Assembly: GCA_051439605.1 (NCBI GenBank)
Contig: JBFRWN010000105.1
Coordinates: 1 to 15,794, forward strand
DNA from: Synechococcus sp.
Lineage (GTDB): Bacteria; Cyanobacteriota; Cyanobacteriia; Thermostichales; PCC-7336
Reading direction: 5' to 3'
DNA length: 15,794 nt
Below, in pieces: positions 7,317 through 15,518 of the stretch. The position numbers were made by a program, and so were the translations under genes. The notes beneath the pieces are model-generated. The model was not told the DNA's origin. It searched no databases and saw nothing but the letters and a program-made list of their open reading frames with translations. Position 1 is the first letter of the stretch; the number at the start of each line of letters is the position of its first letter.

Positions 7317-9260
7317 TTATACATCTAATTCAGCCAATTCCATCCAGCGCTCGGTGGCTCGATCAATTTCCTCGGTTAATGTCGCCAATTGTTCGGACAA
7401 CTTTTGCACTTCGTCGTAGCTGCTGGGAGGATTGTTATAGAGCGTCTTTTCAAGTATCGTTTTCTGTTCTTCCAGTTCGGGAATTTTATTCTCTAGCTCC
7501 TCATATTCCCTGCGTTGGTAATTCGACAAGCGTTTCCGTTTTGGGGTCCCTCTTGAGTTATCACCTCCTGCCTTACAAGGCACTTTCTTATCTTTCGGAG
7601 CCTTGGCCGCCACTTCAGCTGCATCCGCTTTGGCTTTGTCCTCTTCAGCCCGTTTGAAATCGAGATATACAGAGTAATTACCGGGATACTGTCGCACCTT
7701 CCCGCCAGGTTCTAATGCAAAGATGCGATTAACCGTGCGATCGAGAAAATAGCGATCGTGGGAGACGGCGATCGCGCAGCCATTAAATTCTTGCAAATAC
7801 TCTTCCAACACTGACAACGTCTGCACGTCCAGATCGTTGGTGGGCTCATCCAAGATCAGAACGTTTGGAGCTTCCATCAGCACCTTAAGCAAGAACAAGC
7901 GACGCTTTTCCCCCCCCGAAAGCTTGTGAATGGGGGTGTATTGCTGGTTGCCATCAAACAAAAACCGTTCCAACATTTGGGAGGCGCTGATTTGCCCACC
8001 GTCCGCAGTTGTGACAAAGGAGGCCACGTCTTTGATGTACTCGATGACACGCTGTTGCTGTTGAGCGGCGGACAGTAGGTTCTCGGAGTGCTGATCGAAA
8101 TATCCGATGTGAATGGTCGAGCCAATGTCTACAGTTCCCTCGTCAGGTTGGAGGCGACCGGTGATGATGTTGAGCAATGTAGACTTCCCGGCCCCGTTTC
8201 CACCGATGATGCCAATTCGATCTTGAGGGCTGAATTCGTAGGTGAAATCGCAAATCAGCTGCCGATCGCCAAAAGACTGACTCACCCCCTGCAGCTCGAT
8301 CGTCTTTTTGCCAATCCGGCGACCGGGAGTGTCAATATCTACGCGTCCTTGCACCTCCTTAAACTCGCGATTTTTCATTTCGTGATAGCGATCGATGCGG
8401 GCCTTTTGCTTGGTGCTGCGGGCTTTTGCCCCCCGACGCAGCCAGGCCAGTTCTCGCCGCAACACCCCCTGAAGTTTCTTCTGACTGGAGGCGATCGCCT
8501 CCTCTTGGGCGGCTTTTTTCTCTAGGTAATAGGAATAATTTCCCGAATAGGTGTAAAGATCGGCTCGGTCAATTTCCAAAATGCGATTGGTGACGCGATC
8601 GAGAAAGTAGCGATCGTGGGTGATCAAGAGAATGGACCCGCGATAGTCATCTAAATAGGTTTGCAGCCATTCCACTGACTCTGCATCTAGATGGTTGGTG
8701 GGCTCGTCCATCAGCAACAGGTCGGGCTCGGACAGCAGCGCTGTCGCCAAGGCAATCCGCTTGCGATATCCTCCGGACAGAGTGCCGACTTTGACGTCAA
8801 AATCGTCGATGCCGAGTTTGCTAAGCACGATCTTGGCTTTGGTCTCCAGCCCCCAAGCATCTGCCTGTTCCATCTGTTCGGTGATGCTGGAAAGACGTCG
8901 CATCAGGGTATCCAGTTGGTCACCGCTAGCCTGGGCCATCTTGTGGGACAGGTCTTCGTACTGGCGCACCAGCTGCATTTGTTCGCTGCTGTCGGCAAAA
9001 ATTTGTTCGAGAACGGTATTGTTCTCGTCCACATCCGGTTGCTGGGGCAAGTAGACAATCCGAGCCCCCGATCGCACCAGGCGCTGACCGCCGTCGATGG
9101 GTTCCAATCCCGCCAGCATCTTTAATAAGGTCGATTTGCCGGAGCCGTTGACTCCAATCAAGCCCACTTTCTCGTTCTCCCCCACGCTGAAGCTGGCTTC
9201 CCGCAGGATTTCCTTAATACCAAAGTCTTTGCGAATGGATTGCAGGGTGAGGATGCTCAT
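7317..9260 (-). CDS. uup: ABC-F family ATPase, Uup/YfmR-like
   Basis: Two ABC domains (GVNGSGKST / LSGGYRKR / LMDEPTNHLD and GGNGAGKST / LSGGEKRR / ILDEPTNDLD), linker ELAWLRRGAKARSTKQKARI, C-terminal coiled-coil hairpin ending ERWMELAE. No TM segments. Confidence 0.9.
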   Translation of the reverse strand: MSILTLQSIRKDFGIKEILREASFSVGENEKVGLIGVNGSGKSTLLKMLAGLEPIDGGQRLVRSGARIVYLPQQPDVDENNTVLEQIFADSSEQMQLVRQYEDLSHKMAQASGDQLDTLMRRLSSITEQMEQADAWGLETKAKIVLSKLGIDDFDVKVGTLSGGYRKRIALATALLSEPDLLLMDEPTNHLDAESVEWLQTYLDDYRGSILLITHDRYFLDRVTNRILEIDRADLYTYSGNYSYYLEKKAAQEEAIASSQKKLQGVLRRELAWLRRGAKARSTKQKARIDRYHEMKNREFKEVQGRVDIDTPGRRIGKKTIELQGVSQSFGDRQLICDFTYEFSPQDRIGIIGGNGAGKSTLLNIITGRLQPDEGTVDIGSTIHIGYFDQHSENLLSAAQQQQRVIEYIKDVASFVTTADGGQISASQMLERFLFDGNQQYTPIHKLSGGEKRRLFLLKVLMEAPNVLILDEPTNDLDVQTLSVLEEYLQEFNGCAIAVSHDRYFLDRTVNRIFALEPGGKVRQYPGNYSVYLDFKRAEEDKAKADAAEVAAKAPKDKKVPCKAGGDNSRGTPKRKRLSNYQRREYEELENKIPELEEQKTILEKTLYNNPPSSYDEVQKLSEQLATLTEEIDRATERWMELAELDV

Positions 9261-9487
9261 AGATACCGATAGAGGGCGAAGACTTGTAGCTGCGACGTCT
9301 CAGGTAGGACATCAACCTCTGTGCCTAGTCAGGTTTCTGGGCAGCTGAGATGCACTAAACGACTTGAAGGTCGCTAAAGATTGGCACATTCATAACCTTA
9401 ACAAGCTGGCGAGCAAGGACATTGTCAATGCAGGTCAACGGCCTCTACGCAAGGTTTCGCGACAGCCGGTTCCAAGGGACCCCCCTC

Positions 9488-9505
9488 GTTCCCAGACCAG
9501 GGAAC
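9488..9505 (-). terminator. Possible stem-loop just after the pcm stop
   Basis: GTTCCC-agacca-GGGAAC, 9 nt downstream of pcm. No U-tract, so it may only be a stabilising hairpin. Confidence 0.3.
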
Positions 9506-9514
9506 TTCTGTCGG

Positions 9515-10141
9515 TCACTCACTCACTAGCGGGACAAACTGCACGGGTAGCGATCGCTTCCGCACTAAGCCATCTGGGGTCTTTTGCAGTACCAAGAGGT
9601 CTTGAAACCAAGTGCCGACGGGAATGACCAGTTTTCCATTGGAGACCAGTTGTTCTTCGAGCGATTCGGGAATGCGATCTGGAGCCGCCGTCACAAGAAT
9701 GGCATCGTAGGGGGCATGCTCTTTCCAACCGAAATTGCCATCTCCCTTTTTGATAAACACATTTTGATAGCCCAGGTCCGCCAAAGTGCGGCTGGCCTGT
9801 TCTGCCAATTCGGGCACAACCTCAATGGTGTAAACCTCTTTAGCGAGTTGACCTAAAATAGCGGCTTCATAGCCAGACCCCGTGCCAATCTCCAGCACGA
9901 TATCTTCTGATGAAATCCCTGCCGCTTCGGTCATGTAAGCCACGATGTAGGGCTGCGAGATGGTTTGCCCGTAACCAATGGGTAACGGTATATCCGAGTA
10001 AGCCATCCCAGCCTGCGATGGCGAAACAAATTGATGGCGGGGCACCCGCGTCATCGCCTCCAGGACGGCTTCATCCCGGATACCGCGATGGCGGAGCTGC
10101 TGTTCGACCATTTGCGATCGTTGTTGTTCGAAGTGAGTCAT
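9515..10141 (-). CDS. pcm: Protein-L-isoaspartate(D-aspartate) O-methyltransferase
   Basis: VPRHQF, GYGQTISQPYIVA, SAM motif I VLEIGTGSGY, APYDAILVTAA and C-terminal FVPL. 208 aa. Confidence 0.96.
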   Translation of the reverse strand: MTHFEQQRSQMVEQQLRHRGIRDEAVLEAMTRVPRHQFVSPSQAGMAYSDIPLPIGYGQTISQPYIVAYMTEAAGISSEDIVLEIGTGSGYEAAILGQLAKEVYTIEVVPELAEQASRTLADLGYQNVFIKKGDGNFGWKEHAPYDAILVTAAPDRIPESLEEQLVSNGKLVIPVGTWFQDLLVLQKTPDGLVRKRSLPVQFVPLVSE

Positions 10142-10258
10142 GGGAGAAGTATCGTTCGAAAAACCTATTGGGCCGAGAGTATATCCTTAGCTTTTTGGGT
10201 TACAGCATTGCAAAGTAGGGCTCACTACAAATCTCAATCGCCTGGAAGAATGGGAGTA

Positions 10259-11176
10259 TTAAGGAGTCTGCTCGTCCGACACGCGCAAAGCTCCCACGAG
10301 GCGATCGGCTAACCGTATGGGCTCTGGCAAATGATATTTAGATAACTGCAAAATCAGCTCGGCAGCCTGTTCGATAGTGGCCCGGTGTCCGACCGATACG
10401 AAAACAGGCTTGACATTGGATCGCGTGCGCAAGACCCGACCGATCGCGGTGTCGCCATCGCGCAATTCAGACCATCCACCGCGATCGCTCGGAACCTCAG
10501 CATGTTGACCGCACAGTCGACTTTTCGCACAGCCAATTGCCGGGCAGTCCAGCAAAACTCCTAGATGGCAAGCCAATCCAAATCGCTGCGGATGGGCCAG
10601 CCCCTGACCGTCCACCAGCAACACATCGAACGGCTTTTGTAACTCCCGCAACGCCGCAAACAGTACCGGAGCCTCTCGAAAGGAGAGTAGCCCGGGAATG
10701 TAAGGAAAGTTAATGGGCGCGATCGATTCTGACTGCGCGATCGGTTCCCCTCTATCGATATCCCAAACAATCGCCACTGCGTAAGAGCGTTGTTTGACTT
10801 GTGAATAGGCCACATCTGCTGCTGCAACGGTACTAATGGACGCAGGCAGCGAACAGATTTCCACTCGACGAGCCAGTTGCCGCTGAATCACCGTGGCAAT
10901 GCGGTAAATCGAGACTTCCTCAGGGTTTGCTGTTAGTCGAGATTCTCGGGCTAATGCTAGCTGAAATGCCGACAGGGCGATCGGTGCTGGTTCGAGGCGA
11001 TCGTTCGATACGAGTGCTGCCATCAGTGCGGCGATTTTCCCTTGCAGGGAGGGGGGCCATCGCTGCCATTGCGAGCCTACCGCCGCTTGGACTCTTCTTG
11101 CCAATAGAGCCTGCTGGTTTGACGAGTTCGCTGGTTCATCTGTGCTCAATGGCAAATCCGCATAGCGATCGTTCAA
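10259..11176 (-). CDS. nfi: Endonuclease V (deoxyinosine 3'-endonuclease) with N-terminal extension; start uncertain
   Basis: AAADVAY (Asp121), FPYIPGLLSFRE wedge and catalytic Glu, LVDGQGLAHP.RFGLACHLG, IGCAKS, KPVFVSVGH and LPEPIRLAD. Start is TTG at 11176, with an alternative ATG at 11023. Confidence 0.92.
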   Translation of the reverse strand: MNDRYADLPLSTDEPANSSNQQALLARRVQAAVGSQWQRWPPSLQGKIAALMAALVSNDRLEPAPIALSAFQLALARESRLTANPEEVSIYRIATVIQRQLARRVEICSLPASISTVAAADVAYSQVKQRSYAVAIVWDIDRGEPIAQSESIAPINFPYIPGLLSFREAPVLFAALRELQKPFDVLLVDGQGLAHPQRFGLACHLGVLLDCPAIGCAKSRLCGQHAEVPSDRGGWSELRDGDTAIGRVLRTRSNVKPVFVSVGHRATIEQAAELILQLSKYHLPEPIRLADRLVGALRVSDEQTP

Positions 11177-11301
11177 CTCATCTTGACCGATCTGAACGGG
11201 GATCTTGTGGTTATATTTCCATTTTCATAAGACTCTCTACAGTTGGATAGGATCGTAGTGAACCCATCCCATCCATTTAATTTAGAGGAGGGGAGTGCAA
11301 T

Positions 11302-11601
11302 ATGTTTACTCACCAAGAAGAAACTCACACGCAAGTTTCCAAGATTGGTAACTGGGAAAAATGCGAACTTGACCTCTATTGGTCCGCTAACTATTCTTAC
11401 GATACGTGGCGTCGATTTGGCGAGGGACTTCTCGCTCATCCTCAAGACGAAGAAGCTGCTTACGATCTGATCCGCGATGCGCAAAGCCACGATCGAGAGT
11501 CTTTAGAGAACTTGGATAGTTGTCGGAATCAAAATCTTTGGCGATTTTGGCAAATCGCTTACAAGGTCTGGTCCAAACACGGCCCCCAAGCGAAGAGTTA
11601 A
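11302..11601 (+). CDS. Hypothetical protein (99 aa, acidic, Trp/Tyr-rich)
   Basis: Strong RBS AGAGGAGGGGAG 6 nt before the ATG, protein-like composition, and co-oriented with capA. Confidence 0.65.
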   Translation: MFTHQEETHTQVSKIGNWEKCELDLYWSANYSYDTWRRFGEGLLAHPQDEEAAYDLIRDAQSHDRESLENLDSCRNQNLWRFWQIAYKVWSKHGPQAKS

Positions 11602-11713
11602 GCTCCGTTACATTCAAGTTTGCTAGCTCTCTGATTTAGAGCGATGTCTTTTGGTGGTAATAGCTGCGTCACCTGCCAATAGAGAGCTTGTCTTGTTTGC
11701 AAGATTGTTGAGA

Positions 11714-12824
11714 TTGATGCCAGACAACTGTAATGCCAGACAATATCGTCACGATATTCATGTGTGGAGATGTGATGCTGGGGAGAGGTATCGATCGCAT
11801 TTTGCCTCATCCCAGCCTGTCGGGTCTGCACGAAGGATACGTAAAAAATACGAGGGGATATGTCGAGCTTGCTGAAGCTAAAAGCGGCAAGATTCCCATG
11901 CCCGTGTCATATTCCTATGTCTGGGGAGAGGCTCTGAAGGCATTCGACACATTCAAGCCGGATATCAAACTCATTAATCTCGAAACGAGTATTACGACCA
12001 GCGAAAACTTCGAGCGGGGCAAGGGTATCCACTACAGGATGCATCCGGACAATATCGCTTGCTTGAGAGCAGCCCAGATCGATTGCTGTGCGCTGGCAAA
12101 CAATCACGTTCTCGATTGGAGAAAAGCCGGGCTGATCGAGACACTGGAAACGTTGAAAAAATCATCCGTACGATTTGCAGGTGCCGGACACACGATCCGC
12201 GAGGCAGAAGCTCCAGCCGTGTTTCCGATTGGCGATCGCCATCGATTACTCGTCTTTTCGTATGGCTCTCAATCTAGCGGAATTCCTGTGAGTTGGAGTG
12301 CAACGAAATCTGAACCCGGAATTGCTCTGTTGCCAGATTATTCAGACCTTGCCCTGCAGCAAGTTCGGGACAACATCCAAGACTATAAGCAACCGGGAGA
12401 TGTCGTTGTAGTCTCCATCCATTGGGGAGGGAATTGGGGCTATACGATACCGAACGCCCGCATCCAGTTCGCCCACAAGCTCGTTAGCGATGCGGATGTC
12501 GATCTGATTCACGGTCATTCGTGCCATCACGTTCAGGGGTGCGAAGTTTACCGGAACAAGTTGATTCTTTATGGCTGTGGCGATTTTTTAGATGATTACG
12601 AAGGGATTGATGGGTACGAAGTCTATCGAGGGGATTTAGGGTTGATGTATTTTGCCAGTGTCAATATTACGACTGGAGACCTCGTTAAACTGCAAATGGT
12701 TCCAACTCGAATTAACAGATTTAAAGTCAACGATGCATCAGATTTAGACCTATCCTGGCTGAAGAATACCTTGAACCGAGAAGGCAGAACATTTGGCACT
12801 CGCGTAGAGTTGATGCCAGACAAT
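11714..12824 (+). repeat. Three copies of ATGCCAGACAA bracketing capA
   Basis: Copies at 11717, 11733 (capA start) and 12813. TTGATGCCAGACAA is identical at 11714-11727 and 12810-12823. Confidence 0.85.
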
Positions 12825-12848
12825 GTTCTCGAGCTCAAATGGGAATAA
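11733..12848 (+). CDS. CapA/YwtB (PGA_cap) family calcineurin-like metallophosphoesterase
   Basis: CGDVMLGR, INLETSIT, LANNHVLD, SIHWG, IHGHSCHH and YGCGDF. No signal peptide or TM segment visible. Confidence 0.9.
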   Translation: MPDNIVTIFMCGDVMLGRGIDRILPHPSLSGLHEGYVKNTRGYVELAEAKSGKIPMPVSYSYVWGEALKAFDTFKPDIKLINLETSITTSENFERGKGIHYRMHPDNIACLRAAQIDCCALANNHVLDWRKAGLIETLETLKKSSVRFAGAGHTIREAEAPAVFPIGDRHRLLVFSYGSQSSGIPVSWSATKSEPGIALLPDYSDLALQQVRDNIQDYKQPGDVVVVSIHWGGNWGYTIPNARIQFAHKLVSDADVDLIHGHSCHHVQGCEVYRNKLILYGCGDFLDDYEGIDGYEVYRGDLGLMYFASVNITTGDLVKLQMVPTRINRFKVNDASDLDLSWLKNTLNREGRTFGTRVELMPDNVLELKWE

Positions 12849-13053
12849 AGGCGATCGCATTTACATGAAAATATGGTTAGATTGGCTACATTTGCGCAGA
12901 GCTACTTGCCTACCTCCTTTGAATTATTATGAGGCTAATTTACTAGCAAAGGAATAAAGGCGGATCTAGGCATGGGTTGATTTCAAAGTAATGACCTATT
13001 GCCAATAAATCTGAACCATAGCTTTATTCACTTATGAGATACGTTTCCTATGG

Positions 13054-13389
13054 CTAGCAGTATAGTATCTCCTCAAGTAACGGAGCTAATTCTTTAACAT
13101 ACTGCTCGCATTGCAATCTTTTCTGTAAGGCATTCACAAAACTGGCATACCCAGGAAACATACTTGAGTAAACTGCCTGCAAAGCTGACACCGTTCGCTT
13201 GGTATCTTGGCTTAGAAAATCATCGATGTGCTGTGATTCTGGAGAGTTATTGCGATCGCAAGCGAAGCGGATATCTCCTGCCTCTCGAACAAAATTCTTG
13301 GGATTTAGACCGGCAAAATAACTGTATGCAATCGCCGCGTAGGACGCCTCAGGAGTGATTTGGAAATTGGGTTTTGCGTTCTTAGGCAT
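13054..13389 (-). CDS. Hypothetical protein (111 aa)
   Basis: ATG-started ORF 65 nt downstream of the SDR on the same strand, with helical-looking composition. No motif recognised. Confidence 0.55.
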   Translation of the reverse strand: MPKNAKPNFQITPEASYAAIAYSYFAGLNPKNFVREAGDIRFACDRNNSPESQHIDDFLSQDTKRTVSALQAVYSSMFPGYASFVNALQKRLQCEQYVKELAPLLEEILYC

Positions 13390-13454
13390 CTGACTTATCC
13401 AACTTTGTTTACAAGAATTCGGGTTACTTGAATCAATGACGTAAGGGCCAATCG

Positions 13455-14291
13455 CTAAGAATCATTGACTCCCAGCCATAACCGTTGTCGCGGGTTTGCG
13501 TGCCTGAGTCTTTGCTGCTTTCTGGGCAAAGGGGCCGCCATACGCACCATCAGCTCCACTACTCCGGGCATGAGGCGATTGAGCCATACTGTCGCATAGC
13601 TCTGCCACCCCACCAGAATTTCGGAAGACCCCTGCTGCAATCCGCGTATCAAAGCGCTGGCTACCTTTTCCGGAGTGACCGGAACCACCCACTTAAACCA
13701 ATCAAAGTCATCCACCATATCTGTCCTGGTCAAAGTTGGTAATAACGCCACAACCTGTACATTGTGTCCGGCTAACTCGCTACGCAATGCTTGGGTAAAC
13801 CCGAGCAGAGCGAACTTCGTTGCCGAATAGGTAGACATGGTGGGAGCCGCCACCTTTCCCATCAGACTCGAGACGTTGACGATCGCCCCGTCTTCCATCG
13901 CTGCCATCCTGCGAGCTATGACGCGGGTGATGGCGTACACCCCCATTAAGTTAGTGCTCAATTCTGCCTGCATCTGAGGGGTTTGAGCCTGCAAGAACGG
14001 AGTTTGATGAGCCACTCCGGCGGAGTTGACCAACAGGTGAATCGGTCCATAATCTCTCCAGGCCTGGGCAATTTCGATATCAACATCCACCACCCGTGCT
14101 AGCTCGAGGGATAGCGGAATCGCTTCCGCGCCCAAGGCTTCGACTTCAGATGCGGTCTCGGCTAGCCGCTCTCGATTGCGCGCCACTAACACCAAGCGCT
14201 TGATACCGTTGCGTGCGAGTTCGAGGGAGATCGCCCGACCGATCCCTTTTGATGCTCCGGTGACCAGAGCTGTTTTTCCCAATACATTCAT
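13455..14291 (-). CDS. Classical short-chain dehydrogenase/reductase (~278 aa), probably NADP(H)-preferring
   Basis: TALVTGASKGIG, VAR, LVNSAG, IVNVSS and YSATK. Start placed at ATG 14291 (MNVLGK) because GAGGTG lies 6 nt upstream. Confidence 0.93.
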   Translation of the reverse strand: MNVLGKTALVTGASKGIGRAISLELARNGIKRLVLVARNRERLAETASEVEALGAEAIPLSLELARVVDVDIEIAQAWRDYGPIHLLVNSAGVAHQTPFLQAQTPQMQAELSTNLMGVYAITRVIARRMAAMEDGAIVNVSSLMGKVAAPTMSTYSATKFALLGFTQALRSELAGHNVQVVALLPTLTRTDMVDDFDWFKWVVPVTPEKVASALIRGLQQGSSEILVGWQSYATVWLNRLMPGVVELMVRMAAPLPRKQQRLRHANPRQRLWLGVNDS

Positions 14292-14631
14292 TACGAACAC
14301 CTCAAAGAAAGAGCGCAAAAACACTTCTGGCAAACATGTAAATAGGCTGCCAAGAAGATGAGCGATCGCGCTCTATTTACAAAGCGACAAACTGTCGCAC
14401 GAAACTGATGCTTAGAAAGAAGTAAGCAAGAAACATACACACTTGGAGCAGAACTTTCCGATAAACGTCTCGATGAGTTTGATTTAGAAGAACCCTCTTA
14501 GACGCTAAGAATTCCTATCTCCGGTCGAGCCGGGAACTGAGGAATACCATTGATTGAGTGAATCGGAAAGTAAAATTATGGATGGACAACTGACGGATTG
14601 AATCAGCAGTCAGCGGATGCTAATCGCTGTA

Positions 14632-14688
14632 TTAGGCTGTTCTAGAATCGGTGGTGCGGTCAGTTAATTCATTGACGTAGCGAAGCAT
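14632..14688 (-). CDS. Putative 18-aa micro-ORF / leader peptide MLRYVNELTDRTTDSRTA
   Basis: Minus strand reads TAAGGAGG-acgcccatc-ATG: a perfect 8-nt SD 9 nt before the ATG, with TAA at 14634-14632. A promoter-like element lies about 55 nt upstream. Below the ORF-track length cutoff. Confidence 0.55.
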   Translation of the reverse strand: MLRYVNELTDRTTDSRTA

Positions 14689-14741
14689 GATGGGCGTCCT
14701 CCTTAAGAGTAAGGATTGGCTGTAAGGTATTTACGCTTATA

Positions 14742-14783
14742 ACGCTATCAAGGGGATCGAAATCGTGCAACATTTTTTAATAC
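14742..14783 (-). promoter_or_regulatory. Sigma70-type promoter for the micro-ORF/SDR transcript
   Basis: TTGCAC (14770-14765), 17 nt, TAGCGT (14747-14742), with an extended -10 TG. A degenerate NtcA-like GTA-N8-TGT (14783-14770) ends 22 nt before the -10. Confidence 0.55.
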
Positions 14784-15051
14784 ATTAATGCCGCCAATCT
14801 AACTGCTATTTATAGCAAGTAAAAATGAGCACGGCTCAATTGTGGATAACACTTAACGAACTATCAATTGCTAAAACCGGTAATTTTACGGTTGGAATTA
14901 TAGAAAGTGGAGTTTAAGTCAAAATAGAAATTTCTTATCCTCGTCTGAAAGATTTGACAGAACAGTTTGCCTGGAGGAAAGATGCTAGACACAATTTTGA
15001 AAATAACAAGAGAATGTAGATAGAAACACAGATCGTTAAGCTCAGCTTCGG

Positions 15052-15489
15052 TCAGGCGATCGCCTGCTCTATGCCTGCCAATGCCGCACGTGCCGCCTGC
15101 ACATCGTAGGGAAACGGCAAGCGCATCGGGCGATAATCGCGCTCATCTGGCTCTCCGTGCCGCAGGACTGCATTAACTAGCACACAGGGCTCATCGCTCG
15201 GATTAATCGCCCCGTGCGGAACTCCCGGCGGAATCTCTACCACGACTGGTTGCGACTGACACAGAGGGATGTAGTCATACTGACGATCTCGCAATACCAC
15301 CAACACCATGCTGCCCCGCACTACCAACAGTTGATCCGTCTGGAAGTGATGCACAAACAAGGCATCTTGCGTGTGGGGAGCGACCTGCACCAACATAGTT
15401 TCATGGCTTGACTGCGGCGTATAAAACTCCGTCATTGCACTCTTGAAGGAGTCCAAAACGCGAACCTTAACATGACAGACAAGACTCAT
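15052..15489 (-). CDS. RmlC-like cupin (dTDP-4-dehydrorhamnose 3,5-epimerase-like fold)
   Basis: Cupin motif 1 LFVHHFQTDQLLVVRG and motif 2 EIPPGVPHGAIN, with AGGAG RBS upstream. Substrate unknown. Confidence 0.82.
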   Translation of the reverse strand: MSLVCHVKVRVLDSFKSAMTEFYTPQSSHETMLVQVAPHTQDALFVHHFQTDQLLVVRGSMVLVVLRDRQYDYIPLCQSQPVVVEIPPGVPHGAINPSDEPCVLVNAVLRHGEPDERDYRPMRLPFPYDVQAARAALAGIEQAIA

Positions 15490-15518
15490 GTTCGCTGGCT
15501 CCTACTGGATACACGTGC

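Noticed and set aside
11173..11490. 105-aa minus-strand ORF whose TGA overlaps the nfi TTG start
   Set aside because: The overlap is suggestive, but the ORF is antisense to the 99-aa ORF with a strong RBS and has no motif or clear RBS of its own.
13455..14688. SDR as HetN and micro-ORF as PatS/PatX
   Set aside because: Neither contains RGSGR; the SDR reads AMEDGA at the equivalent position.
14722..14734. GTA...TAC palindrome in the micro-ORF leader as an NtcA box
   Set aside because: The spacer is 7 nt rather than 8.
359..15411. Numerous 60-160 aa ORFs overlapping the main genes in other frames or strands
   Set aside because: Shadow ORFs of GC-rich coding sequence with no motifs.
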